Positions 57,179-64,000 of a DNA stretch of 64,000 nucleotides are shown here, piece after piece; positions within the stretch are counted from its first letter, which is position 1; each line of letters begins with the position of its first letter. The DNA is taken from IMG/VR virus record IMGVR_UViG_3300026521_000471, positions 160,468-224,467 of that record; one strand, given 5' to 3'. The notes below the pieces were generated by a model. It had not been told where the DNA came from. It saw only the letters and a list, made by a program, of their open reading frames with translations, and made no database searches. The position numbers and the translations under genes are program-made.

Positions 57179-57583
57179 ATGAAAATAACAAACAAAAAAT
57201 TACTATCAGAAATAAACAAAGTTCTCCCTTACAGTTGTTCTGCAGCCGAATCTAATAGTACTGATAGAGCTATATATGTTAGATGTAGTTCTTTACAGAC
57301 AAAACAATTAGAGCAATTAAAAACAAAAATCCTAAATCATCTCAAATCTCTACCATATATGGATGAAAGTGTGGATATTATATCTAGAGTTACAATCACT
57401 CAAAAACCTGTTCTAGATGGTTTCTATGTATTTGTATGGGGTAATAAAGAGGATGAAAAAAGTTTTCTAACTGCAAAACTTACTTTAGAAACTGAATCGT
57501 TATTAGATATTAAAAAACAGGAATTAGCATTACGAGAAAAAATGCTTTCTACCGTAGAAGCATTAGCTGCATTAAAGGACTAA
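57179..57583 (+). CDS. hypothetical protein
   Basis: AGGAG RBS. Confidence 0.6.
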   Translation: MKITNKKLLSEINKVLPYSCSAAESNSTDRAIYVRCSSLQTKQLEQLKTKILNHLKSLPYMDESVDIISRVTITQKPVLDGFYVFVWGNKEDEKSFLTAKLTLETESLLDIKKQELALREKMLSTVEALAALKD

Positions 57584-57585
57584 AA

Positions 57586-58140
57586 ATGGATAATTTAATT
57601 TTAAAATCATCTAATAAATTTAAAATCGATGAATTTAAACGCATCATAGGTGATACTCTTATAATTGAAAATGGAGAAGATTTACCTGAAGTTGATGGTA
57701 CTGCTGTTGAGGTTGTAATTTATAAATCAATTGCAGCAGGTAAAAATGTAATTGTCGAAGATACAACACTCACTATTGAAGGTGAAGAGGTAGTCGACAT
57801 CAAATGGAAAATTGAAGAATTGCAAAATAAATATTCACTAGTGCCAGCTATTTGGAAAACTTATCTTGCTTATAATGATGGAGAAGAAATTCGAGTATAT
57901 GAAGGTATAGTCAATGGTGTTATAATTCCAGATAGCAAAGATAAAGGATACGGATTTGATCCTTATTTTTTACCTGATGGAAGTGATCGTACTCTTGCTA
58001 AACTTTTAGATGACGGTGAAAAGGACAAATATAGTGCTAGACAAAAAGCATTGATCAATTTAGTTACTAATCATTTATTTGATAGAATACCAACAAAAAC
58101 AGTCCCTGTTTGGTCAGGAAAATATCAAAATCAAACTTGA
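57586..58140 (+). CDS. Ham1/RdgB-family non-canonical purine NTP pyrophosphatase
   Basis: SSNKFKIDE, DLPEV, VEDT.L, GYGFDPYF, KDKYSAR. Confidence 0.88.
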   Translation: MDNLILKSSNKFKIDEFKRIIGDTLIIENGEDLPEVDGTAVEVVIYKSIAAGKNVIVEDTTLTIEGEEVVDIKWKIEELQNKYSLVPAIWKTYLAYNDGEEIRVYEGIVNGVIIPDSKDKGYGFDPYFLPDGSDRTLAKLLDDGEKDKYSARQKALINLVTNHLFDRIPTKTVPVWSGKYQNQT

Positions 58141-58194
58141 CTTTTTACCTATTTTATGTTATAATATGGCATAATTAAAGAAAAGGTGTAAAAG

Positions 58195-58446
58195 ATGAAA
58201 AAGCTAGTTATATCAGTTGTTACAGATGAAGGTAAAAAATATATCAAAAAAGGATTCTTAGGTTCAAAGACAGTTAGTACAGTTGAACTAGAAGATGCAA
58301 CATTATATTCAAAACCTGATGATGTTGAATGGGTTTTAGCAAATTATGAACTACCTTCTCCAGTTATTGAAGTAGTCGATATTCAAATTTCAAAATCATT
58401 GGAATCTGCAAAAGAAAAATATTTAGCATATGCCGAAATGCTTTAA
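58195..58446 (+). CDS. hypothetical protein
   Basis: Promoter cassette upstream. Confidence 0.6.
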   Translation: MKKLVISVVTDEGKKYIKKGFLGSKTVSTVELEDATLYSKPDDVEWVLANYELPSPVIEVVDIQISKSLESAKEKYLAYAEML

Positions 58447-58456
58447 AGGATAAAAG

Positions 58457-58663
58457 ATGAATTTAGAAGAAAGAATTAATAAAAGAGCAAAAGAGATAGA
58501 AGCCTCATTTCCGATGGATGTTGAAGCTGTTGCAATTGATGTTGAAGAAGATGGCAACAACACTTATGTAAGTTGGATTGTTTTAGATAATAGTATCTAT
58601 GATGTCACACATGCTCAAATTAGAAACTTCGATGAAAAATTAGAAGGGGTAGAAAATGAATAA
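58457..58663 (+). CDS. small acidic protein
   Basis: AAGGA RBS. Confidence 0.55.
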   Translation: MNLEERINKRAKEIEASFPMDVEAVAIDVEEDGNNTYVSWIVLDNSIYDVTHAQIRNFDEKLEGVENE

Positions 58664-58907
58664 TATATCTTCATTACCAGAAGAGGTAGATCATTTCTTA
58701 GCAGACTTAGCACAATATGGTTCAAATCCAGAAATAGACTATAATGATATTATTAATTTTGCAAATGCAAATGATACAGATAGTATTCTATCAATAAAAG
58801 CTCATATTGCAGATATAGCAGAGTTAGATTTTGATTTTGAAGATGATGAAGTAATTATCTCTTTAGATGCAATAGCTTCTTTAGTAAAAAATACTGAAAA
58901 CTCTTGA
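58656..58907 (+). CDS. small acidic protein, paralog of 45248-45496
   Basis: Visible similarity. Confidence 0.65.
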   Translation: MNNISSLPEEVDHFLADLAQYGSNPEIDYNDIINFANANDTDSILSIKAHIADIAELDFDFEDDEVIISLDAIASLVKNTENS

Positions 58908-58961
58908 CTTTTTACTCAAATAATGTTATAATATGGCATAATTAAAGAAAAGGTGTAAAAG

Positions 58962-59192
58962 ATGAAAAGATTCAAAGTGATTAAAGAATCGGAAAACTTT
59001 GGAAGAGAAGTTGTTTATGAAGCAGATAATAGAGAGGATGCAGAAACTTCTCTTATCGATTGTATAGCATGTACAATCTCAAACTTCGATGAGTATAGTT
59101 GTGATGATATTGATGAAATTCAATATCAAGGTTTTGAAGGTTATGGTAATGGAATCATATACATAGAAGATGATGGTATCAAACCATTTTAA
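58962..59192 (+). CDS. small acidic protein
   Basis: Promoter cassette upstream. Confidence 0.6.
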   Translation: MKRFKVIKESENFGREVVYEADNREDAETSLIDCIACTISNFDEYSCDDIDEIQYQGFEGYGNGIIYIEDDGIKPF

Positions 59193-59208
59193 TAAGAAAG
59201 GGTAAAAA

Positions 59209-59523
59209 ATGTTAATTTTTTCTAAACAAGTCTTTGAAGTTGATTTTGAAATTGAAGATACTTCTATTGAAGGAAAATACCAATATTCTACACAAACTGA
59301 CAACTTTGTCGGGTATGAGTATAATACAGAGGTTGAACTAAATTCAGATATTAAAGTTGAATCAGACATTGCAACAACCATCCTCGATAGTGATGATATT
59401 GAAAATATTATCGAGGAAATGGATATTGATTATGCAATGGACGAAATTCTTATCATATCTAAACAGGATATAGCAGATTATATCGGTGCAGATACAATTA
59501 AATCAATTAAAGTACAGGAGTAA
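59209..59523 (+). CDS. small acidic protein
   Basis: AAGGG RBS. Confidence 0.6.
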   Translation: MLIFSKQVFEVDFEIEDTSIEGKYQYSTQTDNFVGYEYNTEVELNSDIKVESDIATTILDSDDIENIIEEMDIDYAMDEILIISKQDIADYIGADTIKSIKVQE

Positions 59524-59526
59524 AAT

Positions 59527-59721
59527 ATGAATCCTAAAGCATTTAACATCATCTTCTGGGGAATTTTCTCAATATCACTCATTTCTATCATAGTACAAAT
59601 GGTAGTAGTAGGGTGGTTAGGTGTAACGGCAGTTAAAGAAGTTCAAGATAACAATGGAAGTGTAGGACAAACTATCGGTAAATTTATCGGTGATGTTCAA
59701 AAAGGCATGAAAAGTAACTAA
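59527..59721 (+). CDS. small membrane protein
   Basis: Hydrophobic helix; AGGAG RBS. Confidence 0.6.
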   Translation: MNPKAFNIIFWGIFSISLISIIVQMVVVGWLGVTAVKEVQDNNGSVGQTIGKFIGDVQKGMKSN

Positions 59722-59784
59722 ATTGCTTGACTTTTTACTCAAATAATGTTATAATATGGCATAATTAAAGAAAAGGTGTAAAAA

Positions 59785-60060
59785 ATGAATATCGAAAGAG
59801 TAGTAAATACAATAGCAAACAATTTAGTTGACCAAGAGGTTTTAAATGAAGCATTAGAGGCTATCGAAAATGATGATATGGATAACCAATCATATTGGCA
59901 AGCAGCAGGCTCAATCGTTGAACCGGAATTAAATTCGGAAGATGAAGAAGAGTATTTTGAAATGTTGGAAAATGATCCTCAAAACTGGATAGGTTTTATC
60001 ACTAGCATCGATGAAAGATTTCTTCCAATTGCTGAAAAAGTTGTAGAGTACGGATATTAA
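59785..60060 (+). CDS. small acidic protein
   Basis: Promoter cassette upstream. Confidence 0.6.
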   Translation: MNIERVVNTIANNLVDQEVLNEALEAIENDDMDNQSYWQAAGSIVEPELNSEDEEEYFEMLENDPQNWIGFITSIDERFLPIAEKVVEYGY

Positions 60061-60061
60061 A

Positions 60062-60277
60062 ATGTTTTCTACAATCTGGAAAAAAATCACAAGTCCCTTA
60101 TACAAAAAAGGGACTGTAAATTTTGGTAATGGTCAAATAGATGCATTACAAAATAAACTAACTAAAAGAGTTATTATCGATCTATCAAATGATACAATGA
60201 ATCAACTCTTCAAAGAAAAAAAATCTTATGATACATTTTATAATGAAGATGGGTATGGAATGGAAGGGATAAAATAA
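60062..60277 (+). CDS. hypothetical protein
   Basis: Coupled in operon. Confidence 0.5.
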   Translation: MFSTIWKKITSPLYKKGTVNFGNGQIDALQNKLTKRVIIDLSNDTMNQLFKEKKSYDTFYNEDGYGMEGIK

Positions 60278-60690
60278 TGTTACCATTACTATTATTTATT
60301 TTAGGTGCTTCGTTAGGTGATACATATACATTAGGCGCAGTTATTGCTAATGGTGCAAATGTAGTTTCGTATCTATATTTATTTTTAATCATTATTGTAG
60401 TCTTTATTGTTGGTCTATCAGGAACTTCATTAGGACTACAAATGTCAAGAGGTTCTTCTTCATTACAATCATTAATGATGGGTATGGCTGGTTCAGGTAT
60501 AGGTGTTTTAACAGGTCTTTGGATTATTCTTAGAACAGTTATTATGTATATACTTTTATACTATATATCAATGACAGACCATTTCATTACAGAGTTCAAT
60601 CAGTTACCTGCTACAACTATTATGGCGATACTATTGTTCTTTATTCTTTACTATACAAGAACTACAAAAGTATCAATTAAAAGATCTTGA
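60277..60690 (+). CDS. multi-TM membrane protein
   Basis: About 4 hydrophobic segments. Confidence 0.6.
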   Translation: MLPLLLFILGASLGDTYTLGAVIANGANVVSYLYLFLIIIVVFIVGLSGTSLGLQMSRGSSSLQSLMMGMAGSGIGVLTGLWIILRTVIMYILLYYISMTDHFITEFNQLPATTIMAILLFFILYYTRTTKVSIKRS

Positions 60691-60748
60691 CTTTATCCCC
60701 TTTTTATGGTATAATAATATATCATAAAAATAAAGGGAGATAATAAAA

Positions 60749-61054
60749 ATGAAAATTCAAAAAATAGAAGCTTACAAAACAACAGATGATAAAATCTTTG
60801 ATAATATAGAAGATGCAGAAGATCATCAATATATCCTAGAACTACCAGCAAATGAAAATCAACATTTATCTAAAAGAGAACAAGAAGTATTTAACTATCT
60901 AACTAAAACCTCTTTAGAAAATAAAGAGATAGCAGAAAAACTTGGTGTTACTCTTACTACTATCAAAGCACATAGCAAAAAAATCTATGAAAAAACAAAT
61001 ACAAAAAATCGTATAGAATTACTTATAAATCTTCAAAAAGAGTTGACTTATTAA
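60749..61054 (+). CDS. LuxR-type HTH regulator
   Basis: LSKREQEVF..NKEIAEKLGVTLTTIKAHSKKIYEK..NRIEL. Confidence 0.88.
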   Translation: MKIQKIEAYKTTDDKIFDNIEDAEDHQYILELPANENQHLSKREQEVFNYLTKTSLENKEIAEKLGVTLTTIKAHSKKIYEKTNTKNRIELLINLQKELTY

Positions 61055-61103
61055 TTATACTATGGTATAATATAGTATATTTAAAGAGAAAAGGATTTAA
61101 AAA

Positions 61104-61775
61104 ATGTTTACATCAACACTAACTCATAACCAACTTATCAAAAGTGGATTAATCATAAATGGTAATTTTAGAGGATCTATCGCATCTAAAGAGTTAATAA
61201 CATTATCAAAAAGAGCAGAATCATATGTTAAAAGTATTATGGGAGAAGATCACTCTTTATCACCATTATATCTATTTGCCGATTCAAAACATAATGGTGA
61301 AATCCTTACTAAGATTTGGAGAGAGTTAGTAATTAATACAGAGTTTGACTCGACGGAAAATGTTGAAAAAATCTCAAGCAGTAAAGCATATAAAATATCT
61401 GTACCGGCATACTTCATTACAGAAGTAGTTATCAAAAAGAAAGGGTATGTTACAAAAGTAAATAATTTCATAAAACGATTTTATACAGCAATAAGTGTTT
61501 ATGAATCTGCTCAAAAAACATTTGAAGAAAGAGAAGGAGTGAGACTAGACTGTTATCCTCCTATACAAAGACAATCAAGTAGAGAACTATATGAATTGGT
61601 GGATGCATATATTACAAAATTGGTCTCACTTATTGAAGAAAAAACATTTGAAAACAAACTCAAAGAGTTTAACTTTGTAGATAGCATTTTAATAGACGGC
61701 AAATACCTTTCTTCAACGGCGGAAGGCAAACTATATTTTGTAGATAAAAAAGAGAAAACTATCGAAAAAGCTTGA
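61104..61775 (+). CDS. hypothetical protein
   Basis: Promoter cassette upstream. Confidence 0.6.
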   Translation: MFTSTLTHNQLIKSGLIINGNFRGSIASKELITLSKRAESYVKSIMGEDHSLSPLYLFADSKHNGEILTKIWRELVINTEFDSTENVEKISSSKAYKISVPAYFITEVVIKKKGYVTKVNNFIKRFYTAISVYESAQKTFEEREGVRLDCYPPIQRQSSRELYELVDAYITKLVSLIEEKTFENKLKEFNFVDSILIDGKYLSSTAEGKLYFVDKKEKTIEKA

Positions 61776-61829
61776 TTAATAAATCAAGCTGTGGTATAAT
61801 ATACTATAATTAATCAAAAGGGTAAAAAA

Positions 61830-62261
61830 ATGAATATCAAAAGTTTAATAGAAACACATAACATAGTTACAGAGAAGGAAATTACTTATAAATTACCTTC
61901 TTATGGTTGTGATGAAAATTTAAAAGTCGATAATAAACCACAATCATTAGAAAGTGATAGAGTTTTTGAAATTCTTTTTAGTTTTGGTGGAGGTATGGGT
62001 GGTGCAAATAACACTCATTTTGGTTCTGATTTATCAGTAGAGGACGACTGTATTGTTTATAGAAATATACTTACAAATGAAAAAATCACACTTTATAAAA
62101 GATGGATAGTTTCTATTGTTGAGAAGGATTTACACCTATTCAAATTTTCGGATAAAGTATTAGCTCTCTATACATTACCAGTTGATACTAATCCGAATCA
62201 AATTAAATGGATACAATTCAACAGTAATAGACCTGATGAAAATTGCATCTATAAATTCTGA
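61830..62261 (+). CDS. hypothetical protein
   Basis: Promoter cassette upstream. Confidence 0.6.
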   Translation: MNIKSLIETHNIVTEKEITYKLPSYGCDENLKVDNKPQSLESDRVFEILFSFGGGMGGANNTHFGSDLSVEDDCIVYRNILTNEKITLYKRWIVSIVEKDLHLFKFSDKVLALYTLPVDTNPNQIKWIQFNSNRPDENCIYKF

Positions 62262-62577
62262 TATAGATGCTTGATTTATTTACTTTTTTATGTTATAATA
62301 TAGGTAACAAAAGGGAAGAGAAAGAGGAAGAAAAATTTCCCTAAGAAAAAATAAAAATCCCTTATTTTAAAGGGGTTTTGGAGGGGTAGAATGATATTTC
62401 TTGGATATGGGTAAAAAAGTAACAAAATTTTTGAATAAATCGAATTTTTTTGTTAGTTTAATAAGACTTTAAGGGAAGGTATGTTAAGTGTTAAAATGGT
62501 TTTTTTGCTTAAGGAGTGTTTAAGGTGTCATATCTGCCCGTGAAACCATAGGAATTAAGATTTTTACTTCCAAAAAC

Positions 62578-62695
62578 TTCCAAAAAAGATTAGTTTTTAC
62601 CTCTATTTTACTCTGATTTTTAGTTCCAAAAAAGATTAGTTTTTACCTCTATTTTACTCTGATTTTTAGTTCCAAAAAAGATTAGTTTTTACCTC
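62578..62695. repeat. 46-bp tandem repeat, ~2.6 copies
   Basis: ttccaaaaaagattagtttttacctctattttactctgatttttag at 62578, 62624 and partial at 62670. Confidence 0.9.
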
Positions 62696-62731
62696 CTGAT
62701 TTCTTCAAAAATACATCAATTAATATCTTAA

Positions 62732-62956
62732 TTAATAACTCATCACCCAATTAGGACAATCTGTATCATGTTGAAATCCTACACATTCACATCCACCTTC
62801 TGGGATATATTCAACTCTAATTCTAACATAACCTTTATATTTTCCATTTTCATTTATTTCATTCGGATCTATTTCAAGAATACTCTCTTCAATATCTCTC
62901 TGAATATCATTAACATCATCACCATAATATTTTTTATATAATAAATCTTGACTCAT
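62732..62956 (-). CDS. hypothetical protein
   Basis: AGGA RBS; C-terminal C-x-C..H..C. Confidence 0.55.
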   Translation of the reverse strand: MSQDLLYKKYYGDDVNDIQRDIEESILEIDPNEINENGKYKGYVRIRVEYIPEGGCECVGFQHDTDCPNWVMSY

Positions 62957-62982
62957 TTTTTCCTACTTTCTTTATTTGATTT

Positions 62983-63387
62983 TTAATCTAAATCTTCATA
63001 ATAAGATTTTGCTAAGTCATATGGTCTTACAAAACCTCTTACATCTACTGTATCAATAATACCCACCTCTTCTATAAAAATTAATTCATAAGAATCATCT
63101 TTAAAAGTAACTTCAATCATAGGTAGCTTTGTTCTATTGTTTCTTCTATGGAAAAAAATTACAGATTTATCACCTGTTTCAAAATTGAAGTATAAGGGTC
63201 TATTATATTGTTTTGTTTCCATCAATTCTTGAATTTCTAAAAATAAATCTGTATATAATTCATAGAAAGGATTATTCTCTGAAATATGTATTTTTGAATG
63301 TTTTGGGAATAAATGTACAGATCCTTTTATTCCTGTATTATTCTTATACACACCATCATATATAAAAATAGTTGGTTGGTTTTTCAT
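62983..63387 (-). CDS. hypothetical protein
   Basis: 134-aa ORF. Confidence 0.55.
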   Translation of the reverse strand: MKNQPTIFIYDGVYKNNTGIKGSVHLFPKHSKIHISENNPFYELYTDLFLEIQELMETKQYNRPLYFNFETGDKSVIFFHRRNNRTKLPMIEVTFKDDSYELIFIEEVGIIDTVDVRGFVRPYDLAKSYYEDLD

Positions 63388-63632
63388 TTTATTTCTCTCT
63401 TTAAAAATTATATTGAAAAAATTCGATTAAACCCACTATAAAAAATGTAAGTGTGCTACATAAACCCATTACCAATATTGTTATTAATGAACTAATAATC
63501 ATAGATTCAATTAATGCATCTACAATATTTACTTTTTTCCTACCATAAAATTTCTTTGTCAATACAATCATATTAAACTCTCATTTATTAATTATATTAA
63601 TTATATCATAATAGTCTTTAACTAAGTTTAAA

Positions 63633-64000
63633 TTATGATTTTATATGATTTATTTTTCTAATTATGCTTCTTATATCACAATGATAAAACCCACTACAAT
63701 TCCAACAATTATATTCTACTATTTTAATTTCATCTGTATTTTCAAAAGTACATAAATCCATAACATAAATTTCCGCAGGATTATATTGAAGTCCAAAATA
63801 TTCTGCTGCATTTTTAATATTATCAGGAACGAAAGAATCTGGATTTACTTTTCCATTTAGCATGTATCTTGAACATCCTAAGATTTCATTCTTATACATA
63901 AAAAATCTATATTCTTCTTTTATCTTTTTAATAGGAGAAACAATAACACTTTCCTCTCCGATACTTTCAATATTTCTATGAGGAGTTCTCATAAGATAAT
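63633..64000 (-). CDS. ATP-grasp (R2K/DUF4343-like) protein, 5'-truncated
   Basis: EYRFF, YVMDLC, IVEYNCWNCSGFY. Confidence 0.7.
   Translation of the reverse strand, partial: YLMRTPHRNIESIGEESVIVSPIKKIKEEYRFFMYKNEILGCSRYMLNGKVNPDSFVPDNIKNAAEYFGLQYNPAEIYVMDLCTFENTDEIKIVEYNCWNCSGFYHCDIRSIIRKINHIKS

Larger units (their letters stand above)
49705..62300 (+). repeat. right-arm array of ~60-bp early promoter/RBS repeats
   Basis: Copies start near 49705, 53150, 54065, 54516, 55090, 56766, 58136, 58903, 59726, 60686, 61043, 61771, 62270; 56763-56828 and 58133-58198 are identical over 66 bp. Confidence 0.9.

Noticed and set aside
990-61471. Antisense and alternate-frame ORFs in the track (e.g. 990-1361, 19852-20277, 25181-25447, 44759-45130, 50045-50515, 52669-52944, 59079-59381)
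   Set aside because: Shadow ORFs overlapping well-supported genes, with no RBS or recognisable motifs
29610-62300. True integron with attC sites
   Set aside because: No tyrosine recombinase in the window; repeats are promoters without attC R/L box palindromes
62578-62695. Possible CRISPR mini-array
   Set aside because: Units are identical end to end with no unique spacers; simple tandem repeat
1-64000. Stop-codon reassignment
   Set aside because: Long conserved genes are intact in the standard code and TAA, TAG and TGA all end genes

Overview
Very AT-rich, gene-dense 64 kb segment that reads as a large T4-superfamily-like (jumbo) phage, possibly a phage-plasmid. Host is probably Campylobacterota (inferred from the look of smpB, groES, nrdB, the tmRNA tag and AAGG(A) RBSs). 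Left part (1-28 kb): a Cas4-like nuclease, a UvsW-like helicase N-half ending in a short split-intein fragment, and a dense RNA-repair/translation-rescue and NAD-salvage set (SmpB, tmRNA, Hen1, Pnkp, Rnl1, Thg1-like, HAD, Ro60/TROVE, RlmN-like, PncA, NadE, Nudix), plus groES and nrdB. Genes with T4-type late promoters (TATAAATA) are interspersed. Right part (29.6-62.3 kb): two divergent arrays of small early genes pointing away from ~49.6 kb. Most genes or gene pairs sit behind a copy of one ~60-bp sigma70 promoter+RBS repeat, whose -35 box often supplies the stop codon or last codons of the previous gene. Inside the arrays are rIIA and rIIB (separated, on opposite strands), two Rep_3-type initiators (one with iterons), four Fur-box-like palindromes, a divergent GNAT/sirtuin pair, a GGDEF protein and a sigma-like factor. 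No CRISPR array, tRNA, rRNA or integrase was seen. All annotations are by-eye motif recognition; no searches were run.
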